Part shown: piece after piece, positions 15,440-24,599 of the stretch
Layout of the letters: the number at the start of each line of letters is the position of its first letter
How positions within the stretch are numbered: the stretch's first letter is position 1
Translations under genes and position numbers: made by a program
The notes under the pieces: generated by a model
Seen by the model: the letters and a program-made list of their open reading frames with translations, nothing else
Told to the model about the DNA's origin: nothing
Databases searched by the model: none
Origin: an uncultured Gammaproteobacteria bacterium
GTDB taxonomy: Bacteria > Patescibacteriota > Patescibacteriia > Patescibacteriales > Patescibacteriaceae
Assembly (NCBI GenBank): GCA_964435085.1
Contig: CAYSXQ010000005.1
Span: forward strand, 7,765-45,189
DNA: 37,425 nucleotides
Reading direction: 5' to 3'

Positions 15440-16559
15440 AATATTAAAAGCCAGTCCCTTCTATGATCATTATCTTGATCAGTTTTATCGAGCTAGGCCA
15501 CAGTTAAAAGATTGCTCATATAACGATCAGTATCAAGCAATTATGGCTGATTGCTTTGGTTGGTATGATGTCTGGAAGACAACTCTCGAAGCTACTGGTG
15601 ATTATGAGTTTGTAGAAGTGATTAGCAATGCAGAGCTTTTACAAAAACAATGGGCGCTTGAGCATCAGGTAAATTTTCGCCCCGATCACTGGCGTTTAGA
15701 TATCTTAGAGCAGCAGATATTAGAATTTCAGCCTGATATTTTTTTCTCTCATGATTTTGGAACGATTGATGCTGAGTTTCGGAATTTAATTAGAAAAAAG
15801 TGTCCTAGTATTAAAACTGTCCTAGCTTGGGACGGCATAGCTGCCAATGATAGTAAATTATTTAACGGTTGTGATATTGTTCTATCTTTCAATGACGACA
15901 CGGTAAAATACTATCAAGATCATGGTTTTAGATCGGAGCTGTTTCACTTTGGTTTCAATGAAAAGATTTTAGAAAAAGTTCAGCGGCGAGACGCTCTCTA
16001 TGACTTATCTTTCTGTGGCACAGTTAGTTCTGGCTGGCACAGCGAGCGGCTAGATTTCTTATATAACATAAGCAAACAATTCAAAGTAGATTTGTGGACT
16101 AATCCATTGCCGGTGACAGTCAGAAGTATTGGTGGCGCTCTTGCTAGGCTTAATACAAAAAGCTTGTCTGATTTGATTAAGCTTAAATCACTTTCTAAAA
16201 TTAATCATGGCCAAATTTTTGGCTTAGAAATGTTCCAAGTACTCGCTGACTCTAAAATATCTTTGAATAAACATATTGATTTAGTCGGTAAAAACGCTGG
16301 CAATATGCGGTTATTTGAAGCGGCGGGTATGGGTAGTTGTCTTCTGACGGATTATAAATCTAATTTAAGTGATATTTTTGATCTAGATAAAGAGTTAGTA
16401 ACTTACCAAACTACCGATGAAGCTATTGATAAAATAAAGTATTTATTAAATAATGAAACTGAAAGACGGGCTATTGCTCTGGCTGGACAAAAAAAGGTCT
16501 TAGAAAAATATTCCATCACCAAGCAGATTAAATTGGCTGCGGCTTTCATAATTAATTAA
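15426..16559 (+). CDS. CgeB-like glycosyltransferase (Glyco_trans_1_2 / DUF3880-type)
   Basis: 377 aa. The C-terminal block NMRLFEAAGMGSCLLTDY...ELVTY...EAIDKIKYLLNNETERRAIALAGQKKVLEKY is typical of CgeB-family proteins. It overlaps the upstream gene by 14 nt. Confidence 0.55.
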   Translation: MSKIKILKASPFYDHYLDQFYRARPQLKDCSYNDQYQAIMADCFGWYDVWKTTLEATGDYEFVEVISNAELLQKQWALEHQVNFRPDHWRLDILEQQILEFQPDIFFSHDFGTIDAEFRNLIRKKCPSIKTVLAWDGIAANDSKLFNGCDIVLSFNDDTVKYYQDHGFRSELFHFGFNEKILEKVQRRDALYDLSFCGTVSSGWHSERLDFLYNISKQFKVDLWTNPLPVTVRSIGGALARLNTKSLSDLIKLKSLSKINHGQIFGLEMFQVLADSKISLNKHIDLVGKNAGNMRLFEAAGMGSCLLTDYKSNLSDIFDLDKELVTYQTTDEAIDKIKYLLNNETERRAIALAGQKKVLEKYSITKQIKLAAAFIIN

Positions 16560-16568
16560 AAATCTTAT

Positions 16569-17387
16569 ATGAAAATGATAAACTTGGGTTGCGGTGATAA
16601 GTTTCATGAGAATTTTGTCAATGTTGACCTGGTGTCTAGTCATCCCAAGGTTATTATTTGCAATTTCTTAAACGGCATTCCTTTTGCTGATAATGATTTT
16701 GATTTTGCTTATCATTCCCACGTTTTAGAACATTTTTCTAAAGATTACGCTCGAGTTTTTTTGCAGGAGTGTTATCGCATTTTGAAGCCAGGCGGCGTCT
16801 TAAGGATCGCTGTTCCTGATTTGGAAAATATTGTCAGAAATTATCTACAGTCTCTCGAGGCAGCTATCAGTGGGGCTCCTTTGGCTACTTATGACTACGA
16901 TTGGATGATGCTCGAATTATATGATCAGTTTGTCCGCTCGGTTGGCGGCGGCAACATGGGCAAGTATTTAACTCAAACGACTGTTCAAAATGAAGATTTT
17001 GTTAAATCTAGAATTGGCAATTTTTACAATTTCATTAGGTCTAGTCACAATCCTGAGGCTGAACCAATTGGCCTAAGGGCAACTATCAAAAGACTTACGC
17101 CAGACTTTATCTGGAATATTTTTAAATATTGTAAGAAGAATTTTTTAAATATTTCTTTCGTCAGACGATACAATTTAGGTAAATTTAGAGAAAATGGAGA
17201 GAATCATCAGTGGATGTATGATCGTTTTTCTTTATCTAGACTTCTTTTAGAAATCGGTTTTACTAAAGTGACTGTTAGAACAGCCCAAACTAGTGAACTA
17301 GCTGATTGGGCATCCTATGAACTGGATACTGATGGTGAAGGCAACACCTACAAAAAAGATTCTTTGTTTATAGAGGCAATAAAATAG
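16569..17387 (+). CDS. Class I SAM-dependent methyltransferase
   Basis: 272 aa with INLGCGDK (motif I) and HVLEHFSKDYARVFLQECYRILKPGGVLRIAVPD. Confidence 0.8.
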   Translation: MKMINLGCGDKFHENFVNVDLVSSHPKVIICNFLNGIPFADNDFDFAYHSHVLEHFSKDYARVFLQECYRILKPGGVLRIAVPDLENIVRNYLQSLEAAISGAPLATYDYDWMMLELYDQFVRSVGGGNMGKYLTQTTVQNEDFVKSRIGNFYNFIRSSHNPEAEPIGLRATIKRLTPDFIWNIFKYCKKNFLNISFVRRYNLGKFRENGENHQWMYDRFSLSRLLLEIGFTKVTVRTAQTSELADWASYELDTDGEGNTYKKDSLFIEAIK

Positions 17388-17399
17388 CAATTTAAAACT

Positions 17400-18341
17400 A
17401 TGAACAATGTCTCTTTTGTTATTCCTACTTACAACTGTGCTTCGCTAATTGAGGAGACAATTTTTTCTATTCTTGACGGTAATCTAGAGTCGGGTGATGA
17501 GATCATTATTATTGATGATTGCTCAACTGATAATACCTGGCCACTGCTTCAAGACCTTGCTACAAAACACTCTGCTATTAAAATTTTTAAGCACGATTAT
17601 AACAAAGGTACTGCTGCTGCTGGCAGAAATACAGCTATTGGCAAAGCTCGTCATGAAATAATTTTTGCCTTAGATGCAGATAACTTATTAGAGCCACGCA
17701 GCATCGCTAAGCTTAAATCTTATTTGATTGATAATCAGGCCGATGCTGTAGCCTTTGGTGAGCTGTGGTTTTTTAAAGAATCTAAAGAAAATCTACAAGA
17801 TATCATTTTCTATCCTGCTCAAGTAGAACTAGCTGACTTCTTTGCCTTCGTTTCTAACCCCGGCTCCAGCGGTAATTATATGTTCACCAAGAGCAGTTGG
17901 GTGAGGGCTGGCTATTATTTTGAACCGAAGAATCATAATCAAACTCTAGACTCCTGGTCTTTTGCCTTGTGGCAAGTGGCTACTGGTTCTAAGATGCTTA
18001 CCATGCCTAATAGTCATTACCTGCATAGGCAAACCCCAAATTCCCACTACCTAAGAGAAATGAAGCGGGGAAATGTTTCACTAGCAGCCTTAGCGGCAGT
18101 TTTGCCCTTCCTTGACCTGCTTAGTATCTCTGACCGTGAGTATATTACTAGTAAAAATCGCTTAAACTGGTATGATGATCTCTGGAAGAGACCGCTTAAG
18201 CTGGTCGATGGCAGCTATTCCAAAAAAGAAAATATAGGCTATAATAACTGCGGTCACAGACTAATTCACCCTCGGGAGGCAAGAAGTTGGTGGTTTAGAC
18301 TAAGAAATAAAATAAACTTATGGCAACAGAAAAAATCTTAA
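17400..18341 (+). CDS. GT2-family glycosyltransferase
   Basis: 313 aa with VSFVIPTYNCASLIEETIFSIL, IIIIDDCSTDNT and ALDADN (the DxD motif). Confidence 0.85.
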   Translation: MNNVSFVIPTYNCASLIEETIFSILDGNLESGDEIIIIDDCSTDNTWPLLQDLATKHSAIKIFKHDYNKGTAAAGRNTAIGKARHEIIFALDADNLLEPRSIAKLKSYLIDNQADAVAFGELWFFKESKENLQDIIFYPAQVELADFFAFVSNPGSSGNYMFTKSSWVRAGYYFEPKNHNQTLDSWSFALWQVATGSKMLTMPNSHYLHRQTPNSHYLREMKRGNVSLAALAAVLPFLDLLSISDREYITSKNRLNWYDDLWKRPLKLVDGSYSKKENIGYNNCGHRLIHPREARSWWFRLRNKINLWQQKKS

Positions 18342-19396
18342 TTACTGGCGGTACTGGCTCTTGGGGCAATGAGCTTGTTAGTCAAATAATTGATAATCCT
18401 GATGTAGTCGAAATACGTATTTATAGTCGCGGTGAACATAAACAGGTAGAAATGAAGCGTCGTTTTCATGACAAGTTGGACAAGCTTAGATTTATCATTG
18501 GTGATGTGCGAGATCAGGATCATCTTAAGGTGGCTATGAAAGACATTGACAAAGTTTTTCATATGGCCGCTCTCAAGCATGTTCCAGTTTGTGAAGAGAA
18601 TCCCTTTGAGGCTGTCCAAACTAATATTATCGGTACTAACAACGTTATTCAAGCTGCTTTGTCTAATGATGTTAAGCGGGTCATTTTTATTTCTACTGAT
18701 AAGGCCGTTGATCCTTTGAATCTCTACGGCGCAACTAAGTCCTGCGCCGAAAAATTAATTATTAACGCCAATAACTTATCTGCTAAGACTGATTTTGTGT
18801 GTTTGCGAGCCGGTAATGTGCTGGGCACTAATGGCAGTGTCATCCCATTGTTTATCGAACAAATTAAAAAGACTAATTCCATTACTATTACTGATTCTGA
18901 AATGACTAGGTTCTTTTTAAGAATTGAAGATGCTGTCAGAATAGCCTTGAGAGCGGCAAGCGAAGCAGTAGGAGGTGAAATCATGGTGGTAAAAATGCCT
19001 GCTTGTAAAATTATTGACTTAGCTAAAGTTATAGTTGAGCATTACGGTAATGAGCAAACTAAAATTATCAACATTGGTGTCAGGCCTGGAGAAAAAATTC
19101 ATGAAGTCTTAGTTAATCGTCACGAGTTTAATCGCGTTATTAAAGATGGTGAGTGGCTTGTTATTCTGCCAATGGTTAGCGTTGATAAAATTACTAGTCA
19201 TTACGCTAATTACGCGCAACCTTCTGCTATTATTGATGAATACTCATCGGCCAGCGCTCAGCAATTAACTGTTATTGGCATCAAAAAAATGTTAGAACTT
19301 GGCGGCTTTATGACCGGCGACTTCCGCTCTGAACTGTCTGAGCTTGGTCCGGATGATTTGCTAAATTATTTCAAAAGGGAGAGGTGGATTAGATAG
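18320..19396 (+). CDS. UDP-GlcNAc 4,6-dehydratase-type SDR (PseB/FlaA1/CapD family)
   Basis: 358 aa with ILITGGTGSWGNEL, IRIYSRGEHKQVEM, FIIGDVRD, FHMAALKHVPVCEENPFEAVQTNIIGT, STDKAV.P.NLYGATK and GSVIPLF. It overlaps the upstream gene by 22 nt. Confidence 0.85.
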   Translation: MATEKILITGGTGSWGNELVSQIIDNPDVVEIRIYSRGEHKQVEMKRRFHDKLDKLRFIIGDVRDQDHLKVAMKDIDKVFHMAALKHVPVCEENPFEAVQTNIIGTNNVIQAALSNDVKRVIFISTDKAVDPLNLYGATKSCAEKLIINANNLSAKTDFVCLRAGNVLGTNGSVIPLFIEQIKKTNSITITDSEMTRFFLRIEDAVRIALRAASEAVGGEIMVVKMPACKIIDLAKVIVEHYGNEQTKIINIGVRPGEKIHEVLVNRHEFNRVIKDGEWLVILPMVSVDKITSHYANYAQPSAIIDEYSSASAQQLTVIGIKKMLELGGFMTGDFRSELSELGPDDLLNYFKRERWIR

Positions 19397-19420
19397 GCAA
19401 AGTTAATTTAAGTAACTGTG

Positions 19421-20647
19421 ATGGACATAAATCAGCTAAAGTATTTAGTTAAAAAAACAATTGGTCGAGCTGACTTAGGTTTTCAGTTTGAAAAATTTGA
19501 AAGAGAGCTTCTGAACAAGAAGACTATTGATAATTTCCTTCCTTTACGAGACTGGGCCGCTAACTGCTATACTCAAAAGTCTGTGCTTGAGTCAGTTGCT
19601 AATTATTTAAATAGCCCTGATCCTATTATTAGGCAATGGCACGACTTATCAACTTCGATTAAGTCTAGTTTTAAAGATAGGCAGCTAGGCAATAACTTAA
19701 GGATATTAATACACATTCCTAATAAGGAAGTCTCGCCAGCCGGCTTTTCGCTCTTTACTAACTTACTAGAATCTTTAGATTATTTGGGTCTCGAGGCTAG
19801 GTCTTATACTGATTCTGATAATTTTTCCGAGCTAGTTAAAAAATTTGAACCCAATATTTTTTTGACCAGTGATAATGAAATTTTTTTGAATAAAGTTGAT
19901 TGGCGCTTTTTTGCCAATTACAGAAAGTCTGTCAGGTGTGAGTTGGGTCTAACTGCCTCGCTAGAAGAGTATGGCAACACTGCTTTGGCCACTCGTCTAG
20001 ATTGGGCCAAAGATCATGGAGTTGATTTTTACTATAGTTTCCGGTCTCCAGAATACATCAAGCAAAAGCAAGAATACCAAGAGTTTCTAAGTCGCGGTTA
20101 TAAAATTCTAAATCTAGAATTTGGAGCTAATATCTTATTGTATTACCCAGTTCCTGGCATTGCTAAGGATTTGGATTATATTTTTCTTGGTTCAGGTAAT
20201 TATTCTCGCTATCTAGAATATTTTTATGAAATATTACAAAAATATTCTGGATTTGTAGCTGGCGTTGGCTGGACTCATTTTGACTGGGTAGCTCGTGAGC
20301 ATCAAAGGTACTTGTATTCGAGAGCTAAGCTAGGTTTAAATATCAGCGGCTTAGAACATACTAAATATCCTAGCGAATTGACAGAGAGAACCTATATTTT
20401 AGCAGCGCTAGGCGTACCACAATTAATTGATCACCCCAAACTTTTATTTGATAGGTTTAATCCAGACATGATTTTTGCTGCTGAGAATCCAGAAGAGTAT
20501 ACAGAGCTTTTTTCTTATATCTTAAACAATCCAGGAGAGGCTCAGGCCAGAGCTTTAAAAGCTCAAGAGAGAGTTTTATCTAAATACACTAATTTACATC
20601 GAGCTGATAGCTTTATCACCCAAATCTATGACAACTTTGTACGATAA
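19421..20647 (+). CDS. Second CgeB-like / DUF3880-type putative glycosyltransferase
   Basis: About 408 aa. The C-terminal half (LGLNISG...ERTYILAALGVPQLIDH...NPEEYTELFSYILNNPGEAQARALKAQERVLSKYT) parallels the 15426 gene. The tracked ORF starts at GTG 19418, and ATG 19421 is the next codon. Confidence 0.45.
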   Translation: MDINQLKYLVKKTIGRADLGFQFEKFERELLNKKTIDNFLPLRDWAANCYTQKSVLESVANYLNSPDPIIRQWHDLSTSIKSSFKDRQLGNNLRILIHIPNKEVSPAGFSLFTNLLESLDYLGLEARSYTDSDNFSELVKKFEPNIFLTSDNEIFLNKVDWRFFANYRKSVRCELGLTASLEEYGNTALATRLDWAKDHGVDFYYSFRSPEYIKQKQEYQEFLSRGYKILNLEFGANILLYYPVPGIAKDLDYIFLGSGNYSRYLEYFYEILQKYSGFVAGVGWTHFDWVAREHQRYLYSRAKLGLNISGLEHTKYPSELTERTYILAALGVPQLIDHPKLLFDRFNPDMIFAAENPEEYTELFSYILNNPGEAQARALKAQERVLSKYTNLHRADSFITQIYDNFVR

Positions 20648-21443
20648 TAATTTTGAGCAAAAAATCAACAGTAAAATAAATGCTAAGATCGCTAGAGTGG
20701 GCGGTGCCGTGTTTGAAATATTAACTTACGATCGCGTTAGCAGTGTTAGTGATTTTAATTTGCTCGACGAAGCTTTTGGAACCTGGTCATTTTTTGCAGC
20801 TAAATCTGGTGTCAAAAAAATGTACCGTTATCTCAGGCGCCTCGCCAAGCAAGAGTTAATGTTTTGGCTCAAAGGTTGGGTGGTTGTTAGAGATAGAAAG
20901 AGTTTGGCTATCGATGGTCATGAATTAGCTAAGCAAGGGGACTTACTGACTAGCTTTGATGCTTGTGTTTCTTCTAATTTGTTAGAGCATTCAACTAATC
21001 CTATTAAAATGCTTTTGAATATGTCGGCTATTGTTAAGGAAGGTGGCTGGCATTATCATGTCTTGCCTTTTTATAAATATACCTATGATTCTTTTCGCTC
21101 TGTTACTCCTGTCGAGCATATGATTAATGATTTCGAAGTTAATCAAGGTAATGATGATCAAACTCATATAGCTGACTACGTCACCAATGCTTACAACAAT
21201 AGTGAGTGGCTACGTAATCTTCACAAGGATAAAGAGATGAGCATTGCTTTTCCTTACTTGCACCAACATGTCTTTGATGAACATAATGTTAAGCAATTAT
21301 TTGAATTAATTTTTACCGAAGTCTTTGTGGATGTTCATGTTGAAACTAAGTCTTTGATCGTTTTAGCTAAAAATACTTTGCAGCCAGCTTTTAAAAGTAA
21401 GTACGAAAAATATATTAATGAGTACGTCTATGAAAAATATTAG
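20628..21443 (+). CDS. Hypothetical protein, methyltransferase-like C-terminal motifs only
   Basis: 271 aa. FDACVSSNLLEHSTNPIKMLLNMSAIVKEGGWHYHVLP resembles post-motif-I regions of class I methyltransferases. No clear GxGxG SAM motif is visible. It overlaps the upstream gene by 20 nt. Confidence 0.45.
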   Translation: MTTLYDNNFEQKINSKINAKIARVGGAVFEILTYDRVSSVSDFNLLDEAFGTWSFFAAKSGVKKMYRYLRRLAKQELMFWLKGWVVVRDRKSLAIDGHELAKQGDLLTSFDACVSSNLLEHSTNPIKMLLNMSAIVKEGGWHYHVLPFYKYTYDSFRSVTPVEHMINDFEVNQGNDDQTHIADYVTNAYNNSEWLRNLHKDKEMSIAFPYLHQHVFDEHNVKQLFELIFTEVFVDVHVETKSLIVLAKNTLQPAFKSKYEKYINEYVYEKY

Positions 21444-22173
21444 ACACAAATTATCAGTTATCATGGCTTTACTTAAAAGTCCTGGATCTTCTTGTATTTT
21501 CCTGGCAGATTATTTTAAATTAAAGCGTGGTTCCGATCAGCGCTTCTCTCTACGGCTCGCAGACCTTTATCCTTGTCTCAAAGAGGCTACTGCTGAAACT
21601 GATTTTGATGCTCATTATGTTTATCATCCCGCTTGGGCAGCTAGAATTATTAGTCAGATTAAGCCAGTGAAGCACATCGACATTGCCTCTACTGTCTATT
21701 TCTCAAGTATGATTTCTGCTTTTGTGCCTACAGAATTTTATGATTATCGACCAGCTAGGTTAAACCTATCTAATCTCAAGTCTGCTTCTGCTAATCTGCT
21801 AAACCTGAGTTTTGCTGATAACAGTATTGAATCTTTGTCATGTATGCATACTATTGAGCATATCGGTCTCGGTCGCTATGGTGACGAATTGGATGGCTCA
21901 GGTGATCTTAAGGCCTTGGTTGAGTTACAGAGGGTGGTGGCAATCGGTGGCCATCTTTTAATGGTAGTTCCGGTCGGTAAATTTGCGCGTATACATTTCA
22001 ATGCTCATCGTGTTTATACTTACCGACAATTCTTAGCTTATTTTCCTAATTTTGAGTTGCTAAATTTTGCCTTGGTCACAGACCGGTCTGATTATTTAGC
22101 CTCAGCCACTCAACTGGATGCAGATAATCAATTCTATGGCTGTGGCTGTTTTTGGCTCAAGAAAAAACTATGA
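21418..22173 (+). CDS. DUF268-type putative SAM-dependent methyltransferase
   Basis: 251 aa. SLSCMHTIEHIGLGRYGDELDGSGDLKALVELQRVVAIGGHLLMVVPVG matches the DUF268 signature as I recall it. It overlaps the upstream gene by 26 nt. Confidence 0.6.
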   Translation: MSTSMKNIRHKLSVIMALLKSPGSSCIFLADYFKLKRGSDQRFSLRLADLYPCLKEATAETDFDAHYVYHPAWAARIISQIKPVKHIDIASTVYFSSMISAFVPTEFYDYRPARLNLSNLKSASANLLNLSFADNSIESLSCMHTIEHIGLGRYGDELDGSGDLKALVELQRVVAIGGHLLMVVPVGKFARIHFNAHRVYTYRQFLAYFPNFELLNFALVTDRSDYLASATQLDADNQFYGCGCFWLKKKL

Positions 22174-23024
22174 TCATTTCTAGATTACGTGGCGGACTAG
22201 GTAATCAAATTTTTCAATATGCTTTAGGCAGAACCTTAGCTGATAATTTTAATGATGAGTTATTTTTAGATATTTCCTATTTTAATAAAGCATCTGATGA
22301 CACGCCTCGCAATTATTCTTTGAGTTTTTTTAATATTCGAGCTGAAATTGCTTCCTTGGCCATGACTCAGATAAAAAATCGTCCCTGGACACGCTTTTTA
22401 AATTTCGGCAATACTATTTGGCTTGCAGAAAAAAAGCTTAACCAGTATGACGATCGGCTTTTAAATCTATCTGCTGCCAATTATTATCTCGATGGTTATT
22501 GGCAAACTGAAAAATATTTTCTCAAAAATCGTCAAAAAATTATTAGCGATCTTTCTTTAGCTAAGTCTCTGTCGCAAGAGGCTAGTGACTTAGCTAAAAA
22601 AATCAGTTCCGTTAATGCTGTTGCCGTTCACATTCGACGTGGTGATTATCTGACTAAGCAAGCGCATTCAAACATATTTCATGTCCAGTCTCCAGAGTAT
22701 TATTACAAAGCCATGACTATCTTAAAAAATAAATTAGCAAGTCCGGTTTTTTTTATCTTCTCTGACGATAGCGCTTGGTGTCAATCTAATCTCTCTTTTG
22801 ATGCCCACTTAGTTTTTGTTGATAGTAATGCTCCGCATGATTTTGAACAACTAGTTCTTATGAGTCTTTGTTCCAATCATATTATTGCTAATTCTAGTTT
22901 TAGTTGGTGGGGAGCTTGGCTAGCTGTCAGTCCTGACAAAACAGTTATTGCTCCAAAAAATTGGTTCAAAGTGGCTGCTATGGCGAGTGAAGATATAATT
23001 CCCGATAATTGGCTAAAAATATGA
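22170..23024 (+). CDS. GT11-family glycosyltransferase (alpha-1,2-fucosyltransferase family), canonical motifs
   Basis: MIISRLRGGLGNQIFQYALG, VHIRRGDYL and ANSSFSWWGAWL are present. The tracked ORF begins at TTG 22152, while ATG 22170 overlaps the upstream stop (ATGA). Confidence 0.85.
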   Translation: MIISRLRGGLGNQIFQYALGRTLADNFNDELFLDISYFNKASDDTPRNYSLSFFNIRAEIASLAMTQIKNRPWTRFLNFGNTIWLAEKKLNQYDDRLLNLSAANYYLDGYWQTEKYFLKNRQKIISDLSLAKSLSQEASDLAKKISSVNAVAVHIRRGDYLTKQAHSNIFHVQSPEYYYKAMTILKNKLASPVFFIFSDDSAWCQSNLSFDAHLVFVDSNAPHDFEQLVLMSLCSNHIIANSSFSWWGAWLAVSPDKTVIAPKNWFKVAAMASEDIIPDNWLKI

Positions 23025-24064
23025 ATTCAGCCAAGAAGTTATCGGTCATCATGCCGGTCTATAACAATGAGAAGTATTTAGCTGCTGCGATAGATAGTAT
23101 TCTTGCTCAGAGCTTTGTTGATTTTGAATTGATTATAGTTAATGATTGCTCTATTGATGCTAGTGCTTCAATTATTGCTAAGTATGCTCTTTGTGATCAG
23201 CGCATTGTCGTAATTAATAATGACCGTAACTTAGGCCTGGCTGGAGCGCGGAACGAAGCCTTAAAAGTTGCAGGTGGCGAGTATTTGGCTTTTCAGGATT
23301 CTGATGATATTAGTATGCCGAGTCGTTTTGCTAAGCAATGTGCCTTTTTGGATAGTCATTCTGATTATTTTCTAGTCGGATCGAGAGTTATTTCCTTTGG
23401 CGCTGCTCCTGACAAGGTAATTGGCAGACTAGGGTCAAATGACTATTTAAAGTCTCTGTTGTTTTTCCTAAATCCTTTTATCACTTCCTCGGTGATGCTT
23501 AGAAATTTTAATCTTCATAAAGATCCTGCTCATTATCTACTTTTTGATTTAAATTCTACTCCTTCTGAAGACTACAGTTTGTGGCTCAATTTATTTAGTT
23601 ATGGCAAGTTTTACAATTTAGCAGAGCCTCTAGCTCTCTACCGTCTCCATGCCGAACAAACATCGCATAGTTTGGTCATGCAGCAAAAAATACGCTCAGC
23701 TATAATTGACACTCAGCGGCAGTTTTTTAAGACGCTGCAAATTTCCTGTTCGGAGGATGAGTTATTTGTCAACGCGACTATTGCTTCCAATGACTACAGT
23801 GGTCTTTCTGGGCAGCATCTACACATCATGTCCTCCTGGCTATCGCACCTCGATAAATTTGTCAAAAATAAAGATTTTGGATTTTTTAAAAGCGACCTTA
23901 AGATTTTCCAGAAGGTCATCGGTCATGTCTGGTATGTTTATCTAGTCTCAACTGGCTGCGAACAAGCTTTATTTAAAGCTTTGATTTCCAGTCATCATCT
24001 TTCATTTTGGGCTAAAATAAAGCTCTGTGTAAGATTTTATATTCGCTTTTTTAGAAATTTCTAG
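23021..24064 (+). CDS. GT2-family glycosyltransferase
   Basis: LSVIMPVYNNEKYLAAAIDSILAQSF, LIIVNDCSID and FQDSDDIS are present. ATG 23021 overlaps the upstream stop (ATGA). The tracked ORF starts at 23009. Confidence 0.85.
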   Translation: MNSAKKLSVIMPVYNNEKYLAAAIDSILAQSFVDFELIIVNDCSIDASASIIAKYALCDQRIVVINNDRNLGLAGARNEALKVAGGEYLAFQDSDDISMPSRFAKQCAFLDSHSDYFLVGSRVISFGAAPDKVIGRLGSNDYLKSLLFFLNPFITSSVMLRNFNLHKDPAHYLLFDLNSTPSEDYSLWLNLFSYGKFYNLAEPLALYRLHAEQTSHSLVMQQKIRSAIIDTQRQFFKTLQISCSEDELFVNATIASNDYSGLSGQHLHIMSSWLSHLDKFVKNKDFGFFKSDLKIFQKVIGHVWYVYLVSTGCEQALFKALISSHHLSFWAKIKLCVRFYIRFFRNF

Positions 24065-24065
24065 T

Positions 24066-24094
24066 TTGACCTAAAAATTTAACAATGATAACAT
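24066..24094 (+). promoter_or_regulatory. Candidate internal promoter in the only sizeable gap of the glycan operon (TTGACC-17-TAACAT)
   Basis: ttgacc at 24066-24071, a 17-nt spacer, then taacat at 24089-24094. The gap itself spans 24065-24139. Confidence 0.3.
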
Positions 24095-24139
24095 TTATTG
24101 GTCATTTAAACAGCTACTTTTTATTTAAGTAATTATTCT

Positions 24140-24595
24140 ATGGAAAATTATCAAAAATTAGAATTTAATGAAGTTCAGGGAGGTGTTATTTATCAGGATA
24201 TTAAACGTTTTGGTGATGATCGAGGTGACTTCGTTAATATTGATTTTGCTGTTCAATTAAAACGTAGTTACTTAATTACTAATAATCAAAGCGGTGTTGT
24301 TCGAGCCTTTCATGGCCATCAGCAAGAGGCCAAATTATTTTACGTGCCTCAAGGGGCCTTTAAATTTATTATCATGGACATGGTAGGTGGACAGTGGAAA
24401 GAGTATGTTTTACAAGCCTCAGTGCCTAAAACTCTCTATATACCCAGCGGCTACTATAACGGCTTTGTTTCTTTGAGCAATGATGCCTTGCTGGTAGTCT
24501 ATTCCAGTTCTACTATGGAGGAGTCTAGAAATGATGATATACGTCTGTCTTATGATTGTCTCGGTACTGAAGTTTGGAAAATAAATAATCGTTAA
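24140..24595 (+). CDS. RmlC-like cupin (sugar-nucleotide 3,5-epimerase or keto-isomerase type)
   Basis: 151 aa. FGDDRGDFVNI...VRAFHGHQQEAKLFYVPQGAFKF...LYIPSGYYNGF has the beta-barrel cupin pattern of RmlC/WxcM/FdtA-like enzymes. Confidence 0.6.
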   Translation: MENYQKLEFNEVQGGVIYQDIKRFGDDRGDFVNIDFAVQLKRSYLITNNQSGVVRAFHGHQQEAKLFYVPQGAFKFIIMDMVGGQWKEYVLQASVPKTLYIPSGYYNGFVSLSNDALLVVYSSSTMEESRNDDIRLSYDCLGTEVWKINNR

Positions 24596-24599
24596 TTGT

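Noticed and set aside
18320-19396. Pseudaminic/legionaminic acid pathway, suggested by the PseB-like dehydratase and a DegT aminotransferase
   Set aside because: The window contains no PseG/PseH/PseI/PseF (or Leg/Neu) homologues: there is no NeuB-like synthase and no CMP-sugar synthetase. The dehydratase therefore more likely feeds a 6-deoxy-HexNAc route.
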